Below, one piece after another: positions 1-8,764 of a stretch of 64,000 nucleotides of DNA (the first letter of the stretch is position 1; every line of letters begins with the position of its first letter). The DNA lies in NCBI GenBank assembly GCA_965202665.1, contig OZ241841.1, positions 640,001 to 704,000 on the forward strand, given 5' to 3'. A model generated the notes under the pieces. It was not told the DNA's origin. It made no database searches and worked only from the letters and a program-made list of their open reading frames with translations. The stretch comes from Candidatus Spongiisociaceae bacterium (lineage in GTDB: Bacteria > Actinomycetota > Acidimicrobiia > Spongiisociales > Spongiisociaceae). The translations under genes and the position numbers were made by a program.

Positions 1-2
1 GG

Positions 3-443
<441 letters not shown>

Positions 444-518
444 GTTCGGTTGGGTTTTCCTGCGTATACCAAGACACGATCTGCCTATACCAGACGGCGA
501 GGGTGCGTACAATTACGC

Positions 519-1367
519 CTAAAGGGCACGCGACTCGGCGGCCAGGACGGTGTTGCGCATTAGCATCGCCACCGTCATCGGGCCCACCCCGCCCGGAACC
601 GGGGTCAGGGCGAAGGCTGCTTCGGAGACCGACTCGTAATCCGCATCTCCTACTAAGCGGCCGTCGGGGGCGCGGTTGATGCCCACGTCTATCACCACCG
701 CCCCCGGCCGGACGTATTCGGCGGTAATCATCCCCGGCGAACCCGCCGCCGCCACCACAATGTCCGCCCGCCGAGTCACCTCCGCCAAATCCCGGGTGCG
801 GGAATGGGCGATGGTGACCGTGGCGTCCGTCCCCCGGGCGGCCAGCAGCAAAGCCAAGGGGCGCCCCACCAAAAAAGACCGCCCCACCACCGCCGCCTCC
901 GCTCCCCGCACCGGAATGTCGTAGAAATCCAGAATGCGCAGGCATCCGGCCGGGGTGCAGGGAACCAGGCCGGGGCGGTCCATGACCAGCGCTCCCAGGT
1001 TGGCCGGGTGCAGGCCGTCGGCGTCTTTGGCCGGGTCTATCTCCATAACGGCCGCCTCCCCGTCCAGGCCGCCGGGGAGGGGAAGTTGCAGCAGAATCCC
1101 ATCCACCGCGGAATCATTATTCAGGGTTTTTATCAACCCGGTCACCTCGCCCTGCGAGGCGTTGGCGGGCAAGTCGTGATGGACGGAGGCGATTCCCGAC
1201 TCCGACGCCCGCCGCCGCTTGGACCTGATGTAAGTGCGGGAAGCCGGGTCGTCCCCCACCAGGATGGTGGCCAGGACGGGTTGGCGGCTCAGCACCCCCG
1301 CCCGTTCCCGAACCTCGTCCAGAACCGCCGCCGCCACCTGTTTGCCGTCCAAAAGGGTCGCCGCCAT
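519..1367 (-). CDS. folD: Bifunctional methylenetetrahydrofolate dehydrogenase/cyclohydrolase
   Basis: LLDGK start, DGILLQLPLP, KDADGLHP, PCTP, GRSFLVGRP, DVGINR, TPVPGGVGPMT motifs. Confidence 0.97.
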   Translation of the reverse strand: MAATLLDGKQVAAAVLDEVRERAGVLSRQPVLATILVGDDPASRTYIRSKRRRASESGIASVHHDLPANASQGEVTGLIKTLNNDSAVDGILLQLPLPGGLDGEAAVMEIDPAKDADGLHPANLGALVMDRPGLVPCTPAGCLRILDFYDIPVRGAEAAVVGRSFLVGRPLALLLAARGTDATVTIAHSRTRDLAEVTRRADIVVAAAGSPGMITAEYVRPGAVVIDVGINRAPDGRLVGDADYESVSEAAFALTPVPGGVGPMTVAMLMRNTVLAAESRAL

Positions 1368-1388
1368 CGTCTCCCAATCCTAGAATTT

Positions 1389-2909
1389 CTAATGGCGGAA
1401 ACGGCGCCGGCCGGTGAAAAGCATTGCCAAACCCAACTGATCGGCCCGGTCGATCACCGCCTGGTCGTTCACCGAACCGCCCGGTTGCGCCACCACCGCC
1501 GCCCCGGCCGCCGCCGCCTCCTCCACCCCGTCCGGAAATGGGAAAAAGCCGTCGGAGGCGCAAGCTCCCCCCGCCGCCCGCCCCTCCGCTTTGGCGGCCG
1601 CCATCCGCACCGCCCCCACCCGGTCCGGCTGACCGGCCCCTATCCCCCACGCCGCCCCGCCCGCCGCCAGCACCGCCGCATTGGAGGAGGCCGCCGCGCA
1701 CACCCGCCACGCCAAGCGGACGTCTTCCATCTCCGCCGGGGAAGGGCGGCGGCGGGTCGCTACCCGCCACTCTGCGGGACGGTCGGCGGGGGGAGCCCCC
1801 TGCGCCAGCCAGCCGCCCGGTATCTGCCGGAAAGACAAACCGGGCGGGGGGGGCGGGGGCGGGGCTTGCAGAACCCGCGTGTTGCTACGGCGGGCGGCGA
1901 TCCGCTCCGCCGTTCCCTCCCCGAAGCCGGGGGCTATCACGACATCCGCCTGCGGGGATCGTTCCAACACCGCGGCCGTATCCGCGTCCACCGAACGGTT
2001 GACGGCCACCACCCCCCCGAAGGCCGCCCGCCGGTCGCACTCATAGGCCAGTCGCAGGGCTTGGTCCAGCCGGGGGGCGACGGCTACTCCGCACGGGTCG
2101 GCGTGTTTGACGACCGCCGCCGCCGGGCCCTCCCCCAGGCCGTTCACCAACTCCCAGCCGGCGGCCGCGTCCAGCAAATTCAGGTAACTGAGCGGCGGGC
2201 CGTTGCGCAAAACTACATTCGCCCACCAGTCGTCGTCCCCCGGCCGGCGATAGCGGGCGGCGGGCTGATCCGGGTTTTCCCCGTATCGTAGAAACTCCGC
2301 CCGTTGCAACTCCAAGCGGACAACGGGCGGCAACGGCTCCGGGGGGCTTTGGGCCGGGGCCGCCGCGGGGGCGGGCCGGGCGAACCAGTCGGCGATGGCC
2401 GCGTCGTAGGCGGCGGTGCGGGCGAAGGCGGCCCGGGCCAGGCGGAGGCGGGTTTCGGCGGACGCCGAACCCCGGGAGCGCATCTCATCCAAAACCGGCT
2501 GATAGTCGGCCGGGTCGGACAGCGCCGTCACGTAAGCGTGATTTTTGGCGGCCGCCCGCAACAGGGCGCACCCTCCTACGTCTATGTTTTCCACCCCCGG
2601 GCGGGAAAAAAACGGATAGAGGTTGACCGCCACCAGGTCGATCGGCTCAAACCCCCCTTCGGCCATCTCCGCCCGATGGGAAGAGTCTTCCCGGTCGGCC
2701 AGAATCCCGCCGTGCACCTTCGGATGCAAAGTGACCACCCGATGTCCCAGAACGGGAGGGGCCCCCGTGTATTCCGCTAAATCCCGTATCTCCGCCCCGG
2801 CCTCCCGCAAAAACCGGGCGGTGCCCGCGCTGGCCAGAACCTCCCAGCCGAGGCCGCTCAGCCCGGAGGCCAGCTCCGCCGAACCGGTTTTGTCGTAAAC
2901 CGACAGCAA
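1389..2909 (-). CDS. purH: Bifunctional AICAR transformylase/IMP cyclohydrolase
   Basis: LSVYDK, RVVTLHPKVHGGIL, ENIDVGG, LRYGENP, KHADPCG, ASDGFFPF, QPGGS, TGRRRFRH. Start may instead be ATC at 2942 overlapping the sucD stop. Confidence 0.96.
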   Translation of the reverse strand: MLSVYDKTGSAELASGLSGLGWEVLASAGTARFLREAGAEIRDLAEYTGAPPVLGHRVVTLHPKVHGGILADREDSSHRAEMAEGGFEPIDLVAVNLYPFFSRPGVENIDVGGCALLRAAAKNHAYVTALSDPADYQPVLDEMRSRGSASAETRLRLARAAFARTAAYDAAIADWFARPAPAAAPAQSPPEPLPPVVRLELQRAEFLRYGENPDQPAARYRRPGDDDWWANVVLRNGPPLSYLNLLDAAAGWELVNGLGEGPAAAVVKHADPCGVAVAPRLDQALRLAYECDRRAAFGGVVAVNRSVDADTAAVLERSPQADVVIAPGFGEGTAERIAARRSNTRVLQAPPPPPPPGLSFRQIPGGWLAQGAPPADRPAEWRVATRRRPSPAEMEDVRLAWRVCAAASSNAAVLAAGGAAWGIGAGQPDRVGAVRMAAAKAEGRAAGGACASDGFFPFPDGVEEAAAAGAAVVAQPGGSVNDQAVIDRADQLGLAMLFTGRRRFRH

Positions 2910-2934
2910 CGCCCGGCCCGCGGGCGGCGGCCGG

Positions 2935-3819
2935 TCAGAGATTGCGGACCACCCCGACCATCAGGGAACCCGCCTCGGTGGGGCTTTCCCCCACTTTCGC
3001 CCCGGCGGCGGTCAAAGCCTCTATTTTGGCGGCGGCGGTGCCTTTGCCGCCGGACACGATGGCCCCGGCGTGTCCCATCTTTTTGCCGGGCGGGGCGGTC
3101 ACCCCGGCGATGTAGGCCACCACCGGCTTGCTCATATGGCCGGTGATGAACTCGGCCGCCTCCTCCTCGGCCGAACCTCCGATTTCGCCGATCATCATCA
3201 CCGCCTCCGTCTCCGGGTCGGCTTCGAAAGCGGCCAGGCAGTCGATGAAAGAGGTGCCCGGCACCGGGTCGCCGCCGATGCCCACGCAGGTGGTAACCCC
3301 GATGCCGTGCTGTTTCAGTTCGTACAAAGCCTGGTAGGTGAGGGTTCCGGAGCGGCTGACGATCCCCACCGGGCCGCCCGGCTGGGCGATGTGCCCGGCG
3401 GTGATCCCCACATTGGCCTTGCCCGGACTGATCAGGCCCGGGCAGTTGGGGCCCAGCAGGCGCAGGCGCGGGTAATCCCGGCGCAGTTTGTTGAACAGCC
3501 AGGCTTCGTCTTGGGCGGGCACCCCTTCGGTTATCACCACCGCCAACTCCACCCCGCCTTCGGCGGCGTCCAAAACGGCTTCTTTCACCCCCGGAGCTGG
3601 GATGAAAACGCACGACACGTTGGCCCCGGTAGCCTGCGCCGCCTCCCCCACCGAAGCGAAAATGGGGATGCCGTCCACATCGGTTCCGGCCTTGGCGGGG
3701 TGGGTGCCCGCTACCACTTTGGTGCCGTAGCCGCGGTTGCGCAACCCGTAGAAGCGGCCCTGGCGCCCGGTCAGTCCCTGATAGACGACCCGGCTGTTTT
3801 CGTCCAGCCAGATGCTCAT
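2935..3819 (-). CDS. sucD: Succinate-CoA ligase subunit alpha
   Basis: MSIWLDENSRVVYQGLTG, GPNCPG, SRSGTLTY, GIGGDP, MGHAGA phospho-His motif; ATGA overlap with sucC. Confidence 0.97.
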   Translation of the reverse strand: MSIWLDENSRVVYQGLTGRQGRFYGLRNRGYGTKVVAGTHPAKAGTDVDGIPIFASVGEAAQATGANVSCVFIPAPGVKEAVLDAAEGGVELAVVITEGVPAQDEAWLFNKLRRDYPRLRLLGPNCPGLISPGKANVGITAGHIAQPGGPVGIVSRSGTLTYQALYELKQHGIGVTTCVGIGGDPVPGTSFIDCLAAFEADPETEAVMMIGEIGGSAEEEAAEFITGHMSKPVVAYIAGVTAPPGKKMGHAGAIVSGGKGTAAAKIEALTAAGAKVGESPTEAGSLMVGVVRNL

Positions 3820-4988
3820 CGCCCGCCTCCCCCGCCGGTTCCCGCCCCGGCTTGGGCGATGGCCACCGCCTGAGCCGCCCCGTCCAGCATGGAATCGGCC
3901 AGTTGCAACATGCCGGACATGCGGGGTTGCAGCATTTCCCGGCCCCGGTCGGCGTTGGTTCCGTCCAGCCGCAAAACGATCGGGGAGCGCATGGTCACCC
4001 GTTGCAGGGCGTCCAGAATGCCCTGGGCCACCACCTCCCCTTTCACTATGCCCCCGAAAATGTTGATGAAAATGGAGCGCACCGCCGGGTCGTTGTTGAT
4101 CACCTCCAAAGCGGCCGCCATCGTGTCCACATCCGCCCCCCCGCCGATGTCCAAAAAGTTGGCGGCCGCGCCCCCCGTCTGATGCACCACGTCCACGGTG
4201 CTCATGGCCAGGCCCGCGCCGTTGGCGATCACCCCCACGTATCCGTCCAAGCCCACGTATTGCAGGCCGCGCTCCCGGGCGGCGGTCTCCCGCTCGTCGC
4301 GGGGCTGGGTGGCGTCGAAAGCCCGATAGTCCTCGTGGCGGAACACGGAATTGGCGTCCAAACTGACTTTGGCGTCCAAAGCCAGCACCCGCCCGTCTTG
4401 AGTCAGGGCGAGCGGGTTGATTTCCACCAAGTCGGCGTCGCCCTCCACGTAGGCGGCGTAAAGGCTGCGCAGGATGTCCGCCGCCTGCTCCGCCGCTTGC
4501 GCAGGCAGGCGGGCGTCGGCTGCCCACCGCTTGGCGGTTTCCCCGTCCAGGCCGTCCAACGGGTCAACCCAGATTTTGGCGATGGCCTCCGGGTCGCTTT
4601 CCGCCACCTGCTCGATGTCCACCCCGCCTTGGGCGGACAAAATGCCCAGATGCAGGCGGGTGGAGCGGTCCAGGGTGAAACTGGCGTAAAACTCGGCGGC
4701 GACGTCGGAAGCCTCCTCCACCCACAGCGTGTCCACCCGGTGGCCTTTGATGTCCATTCCCAGGATGGCATCGGCGGCGGCGCGGGCCTCGGCCGCGTCC
4801 TGCGCGACCTTGATACCGCCCGCCTTGCCCCGGCCGCCGATGTGCACTTGCGCTTTCACCACCGCCGGAAAACCGATGCGCTCGGCGACCGCCGCCGCCT
4901 CTTCCGCAGTGTCCGCCGCCCCGCCCGCCGGAATCGGAATCCCGAACCGGGCGAAGAAGCGCTTGCCTTGATATTCCAGTAGGTCCAC
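3816..4988 (-). CDS. sucC: Succinate-CoA ligase subunit beta
   Basis: MDLLEYQGK, KAQVHIGGRGKAGG, EINPL, NGAGLAM, ANFLDIGGG, NIFGGI; GAGGAGG SD before GTG. Confidence 0.97.
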   Translation of the reverse strand: MDLLEYQGKRFFARFGIPIPAGGAADTAEEAAAVAERIGFPAVVKAQVHIGGRGKAGGIKVAQDAAEARAAADAILGMDIKGHRVDTLWVEEASDVAAEFYASFTLDRSTRLHLGILSAQGGVDIEQVAESDPEAIAKIWVDPLDGLDGETAKRWAADARLPAQAAEQAADILRSLYAAYVEGDADLVEINPLALTQDGRVLALDAKVSLDANSVFRHEDYRAFDATQPRDERETAARERGLQYVGLDGYVGVIANGAGLAMSTVDVVHQTGGAAANFLDIGGGADVDTMAAALEVINNDPAVRSIFINIFGGIVKGEVVAQGILDALQRVTMRSPIVLRLDGTNADRGREMLQPRMSGMLQLADSMLDGAAQAVAIAQAGAGTGGGGGR

Positions 4989-5079
4989 GACCCTCCTCAG
5001 TCCCGCCCGATATTATCGCCTCCCCCCGCCGAACGCGCAAAATCAGCCAATGCGTACTGTACCGTGGTAAACATAGCGT

Positions 5080-6351
5080 ATGGAACAGCCTACTGAAAAG
5101 GAAAACGAGGCACTGGCCCGAAAATTATATGCAGAGTGGGACGAGGGGCGCGGAACGTCCAAGAGCGAGCTGGAACGTCGATACTGGGGCGACGGGAGCT
5201 CCCACGGTAGAAGGTTCGACCGCTTCATCCACGATCATTTGGGTATCCAAACCGCAAAACGCTCAAAGCAAACCAACCGTATTGAAGAACTGGAGCGACA
5301 AGTACGTTCGTTAGGCTACCATCCTGTCGGAATAGAACCAACAACTGAGGAAATACACCTATTACAAAGCAGGGAGGCCTGTCTATCGGCTCTGCGAGTC
5401 TGGAATGATCCAACCTACTCCTTTCGAACTGGAGCGTTCTCCTTATTGTTTGTTACAGCATGGAACAACCTCGCCCTCGCGATGGCAATGCGCAAAGGGA
5501 TAGAATGGCGTGAGTTGGATAAAACTGGAGCACCTATCCTGATCGATGAAATGGAAAAGCCTCGCCGTACGGACGATTTGATCAATTCAATATTATCATC
5601 AGAACAATATAAAGGGTTAAAAGAAAATATAAAGTTTTGGATCAATCTCAGAAACTGTGTAGCACATCGCTATCTACCAGAATTGGACATACAAGTTATA
5701 CCGCAAGCCCAAGCAGGTCTGCTCAATTTCGAAACCACCATATCAAATCAATTTGGAAAAGAACATGGGCTTGCCGAAAAACTATCAGTTCCATTACATC
5801 TCTCCGGTTTTCGCGACCCCGACACTTATAAAAATTTCCAAAAATCTCAAGCCCGTCTCCCTTTGGATGTCCAATATCTTCTCAGTGGAGCAGAACGCTC
5901 TCCAGAATTGCTAACAGATGATACTTATGCATTAAGAGTATCTTTTATTCCTTATGTTCCCGCCTCAGGGACAAGTCCTGATGCTATAGCCCATTTTATA
6001 AAGCCCGGAGAAGTTCCTACTGAGTTAACCGAAGCTCTAACAGACTATATCGTTATATCTAAAATATCTCGTGCTCCTAGACCAAATCTAAGGCCTAGCG
6101 TCGTAGCAAATCAAGTGCGAAAACGTATTCCTTTTGGTTTCAATACTACAGATCATGCCAAAATCGCAAGATATCTAAAAATTCGACCAGAGAAAGGAGA
6201 ACCAGATAGATCTCTCGATGAAAATTTCTGCGAACATTCACCCTATGGCTATCTATATAACCAGAAATGGGTAAATCGAGTTGTAAAAGAAATATCAAAT
6301 GCCGAAGGTTACAAAAGAGCAATAGGAAGAGATCCTGTTCGTAAAAACTAA
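5080..6351 (+). CDS. DUF3644-like (HEPN-type) protein, candidate defence/toxin RNase
   Basis: SREACLSALRVWNDP...FRTGAFSLLFVTAW resembles the DUF3644 N-terminus; RNCVAH matches the HEPN Rx4H motif; AT-rich and antisense to its neighbours. Confidence 0.75.
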   Translation: MEQPTEKENEALARKLYAEWDEGRGTSKSELERRYWGDGSSHGRRFDRFIHDHLGIQTAKRSKQTNRIEELERQVRSLGYHPVGIEPTTEEIHLLQSREACLSALRVWNDPTYSFRTGAFSLLFVTAWNNLALAMAMRKGIEWRELDKTGAPILIDEMEKPRRTDDLINSILSSEQYKGLKENIKFWINLRNCVAHRYLPELDIQVIPQAQAGLLNFETTISNQFGKEHGLAEKLSVPLHLSGFRDPDTYKNFQKSQARLPLDVQYLLSGAERSPELLTDDTYALRVSFIPYVPASGTSPDAIAHFIKPGEVPTELTEALTDYIVISKISRAPRPNLRPSVVANQVRKRIPFGFNTTDHAKIARYLKIRPEKGEPDRSLDENFCEHSPYGYLYNQKWVNRVVKEISNAEGYKRAIGRDPVRKN

Positions 6352-6392
6352 AACATCATAAGTTGGATCCCAATCAGATAAACCAATAAAGG

Positions 6393-6785
6393 CTAGCGGG
6401 GGGTGATGTTGGCCTCCACCCAGTCTGTTACTTCGGCCAGCGGGGTTCCGGGGGTGAAAACGGCGGCCAAACCCAGGTCGCGCAGGGCGGACGCGTCCTG
6501 CTCGGGGATGATCCCGCCTCCGAACACCACGATGTCGTCGATGCCCCGCTCGGCCAGGATCTCCGTTACTTTGGGGAACAGCGTCATGTGGGCGCCGGAC
6601 AGTACCGACATGCCGATGGCGTCCACATCCTCCTGCACCGCGGTTTCCACGATCTGGGCGGGGGTCTGATGCAGTCCCGAATATATCACCTCGTTGCCCG
6701 CGTCCCGCAAAGCGCGGGCGATCACCTTCGCCCCCCGGTCGTGCCCGTCCAAACCGGGTTTGGCGATGAGAATCCTCCTGGGCAC
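6393..6785 (-). CDS. Cobalamin B12-binding domain protein (methylmalonyl-CoA mutase small subunit)
   Basis: [35 protein letters not shown] motifs. Confidence 0.93.
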   Translation of the reverse strand: MPRRILIAKPGLDGHDRGAKVIARALRDAGNEVIYSGLHQTPAQIVETAVQEDVDAIGMSVLSGAHMTLFPKVTEILAERGIDDIVVFGGGIIPEQDASALRDLGLAAVFTPGTPLAEVTDWVEANITPR

Positions 6786-6798
6786 TCCGCCTGCTCCT

Positions 6799-7953
6799 TT
6801 ACCCGGAATAGCCGCCGGGACGGGCGGGACCTGACAGGCGGCTGCGTTCGGCTTCGATGTCGCCCATCATCTGGCGGTGGGCGTCGGCGAATTTGGCCAC
6901 CCCTTCCCGTTCCAAAACTTCGGTCACATCGTCGAGATCCACCCCGGCTTCGGCCAGGGCGTCCAAAACGGCAGCCGCTTCGTTCATCTGTTCGATGTTC
7001 AGCACCGGGGGGCGGTCGGGGCCCGACTCCTGGTAGGAGGCGATGGTGGATTCGGGCATGGTGTTGACCGTGCACGGAGCGGCCAGGGAATCCACGTAGA
7101 GGGTGGGCGAATAAGCCGGGTTCTTGGTGGAAGTGGAGGCCCATAACGGGCGTTGCGCCCGCCCCCCGGCCGCCTGCAACGCCCGCCAGCGGTCGGAGGA
7201 GAACATCCGCAGGAACTCCAGATAGGCCACCCGGGCGTTGGCCACCGCCGCCCGGCCCCGCAGGCCCAGCGCCCTCTCCGAGCCGACGGCTTCCAGCCGG
7301 GCGTCGGTTTCGCTGTCCACCCGGGAAACGAAAAAGGAGGCCACCGACGCCACCCGGGACGGGTCGCCGCCCGTATCCCGCAACCGTTCCAAGCCGGACA
7401 GGTAAGCGTTCATCACCGCCCGGTAGCGGTCGCGGGAGAAAATGAGGGTCACATTGACCGACACCCCTTCCGCGGTCAGGGACTCGATGGCCCCCAACCC
7501 GGGCGCGGTGGCCGGGACTTTGATCAGCAGATTGGGACGGTCCACCCGTTTCACCCAATCCCGGGCCTCCTCGGCCGTCCCTTCGGCGTCGTCCGCCAAC
7601 TCCGGGGAAACCTCCACCGAAACGAACCCGTCCGCCCCGCCCGAACTTTCGAACACCGGGGCCAGGATGTCGCACGCCCCCCGGATGTCCTGCGTCACCA
7701 CCGCCGTGTAAATCTCCTCGGTGGAGGCCCCCCGGGCCGCCATTTCCCCCACTTGCCGGTCGTAGGAATCCCCCGCCCGCAACGCGGCCGCAAAAATGGA
7801 GGGATTGGAGGTGAGCCCGGTGACCGCGTTGCGTTCCATATGCGAGGCCAGGGCGCCGGAGGCCAGCATCTCCCGGGACAGGGAATCCAGCCACACCGAC
7901 TGCCCCACCGAAGCCAGGTTGTGAAGTTTGGATGTTTGGGTCTTAGGGGACAC
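6799..7953 (-). CDS. tal: Transaldolase (actinobacterial type)
   Basis: [59 protein letters not shown]. Confidence 0.95.
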   Translation of the reverse strand: MSPKTQTSKLHNLASVGQSVWLDSLSREMLASGALASHMERNAVTGLTSNPSIFAAALRAGDSYDRQVGEMAARGASTEEIYTAVVTQDIRGACDILAPVFESSGGADGFVSVEVSPELADDAEGTAEEARDWVKRVDRPNLLIKVPATAPGLGAIESLTAEGVSVNVTLIFSRDRYRAVMNAYLSGLERLRDTGGDPSRVASVASFFVSRVDSETDARLEAVGSERALGLRGRAAVANARVAYLEFLRMFSSDRWRALQAAGGRAQRPLWASTSTKNPAYSPTLYVDSLAAPCTVNTMPESTIASYQESGPDRPPVLNIEQMNEAAAVLDALAEAGVDLDDVTEVLEREGVAKFADAHRQMMGDIEAERSRLSGPARPGGYSG

Positions 7954-8016
7954 TGAAACTCCCGTAGGTTGCGACGGCTCCCCATTCTACCCGGCGCGGC
8001 GCCCCCGCCGCCTGAG

Positions 8017-8730
8017 TTATCCCGTATCCGCAGGACCGGAAGACCCTTGTCGCAGCTTTTCCAACGGAAGAAACGCCAGCAGAAGAGTTTTGCGCCCCGC
8101 CCAATCGAAATCGATCATCACCTCAACGCCGAAACCGGTACCGCTGACACCGCAAACCTGCCCCTCCCCGAACTTTCCAAGGTTCACCCGATCCCCCACC
8201 TGCGGCATGTTCTTCCGCAGGTTGCGGAAAAACTTGGCCGCGCCCGGCACCGTCGCATCCTCCGCTCCCGTATCGAAGTCACCTGCTTCTGGGTTATCCA
8301 ATATCTCTATATCCAACCAGAGTCCCGCCAACGGCAAAACTGTGGGGCCGTTCGCCTCAAAATTGATCTCCACTGCCGCCTCACGGCCGGAGCCGCGGAA
8401 TTCAAACACCTCACCCACCCCGAACTTGTCGTGACGCACCCGCTCCCCAGCGAACAAAACCTCCCAATCTGGCGAAAACCTCTCCAACGGAGCCCATTTC
8501 AGCGACAAAAGCTTGGACCCTTTTTTATCAAAATCGACCACCGCTTCAGATTCACAGCCGGAGCCGCGAATGTCGCACACCTTCCCCACCCCGAACTGGT
8601 CGTGGCGCACCCATTCCCCCACCTGCAACTCATCCCCCCTCAATCTACGGCGGGGGCCACCCTCGTCCGACCGCTCGTCGCCGGCCTTGTCTTGGAACAC
8701 TGGAACTCCCGTAGTCAAACCTGCGCCCAC
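8017..8730 (-). CDS. Protein of three tandem PcrA/UvrD C-terminal Tudor-like domains
   Basis: Three ~50-aa repeats (ELQVGEWVRHDQFGVGKV..; LFAGERVRHDKFGVGEV..; PQVGDRVNLGKFGEGQV..) align with the last ~55 aa of the adjacent PcrA (ELQVGDRVRHDKFGGGWV...GRKTLLLAWAPLQKA). Start codon uncertain. Confidence 0.8.
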   Translation of the reverse strand: MGAGLTTGVPVFQDKAGDERSDEGGPRRRLRGDELQVGEWVRHDQFGVGKVCDIRGSGCESEAVVDFDKKGSKLLSLKWAPLERFSPDWEVLFAGERVRHDKFGVGEVFEFRGSGREAAVEINFEANGPTVLPLAGLWLDIEILDNPEAGDFDTGAEDATVPGAAKFFRNLRKNMPQVGDRVNLGKFGEGQVCGVSGTGFGVEVMIDFDWAGRKTLLLAFLPLEKLRQGSSGPADTG

Positions 8731-8764
8731 TCTACCGCCCCCCGCCCCCGCTTGGAGGGCCGGG

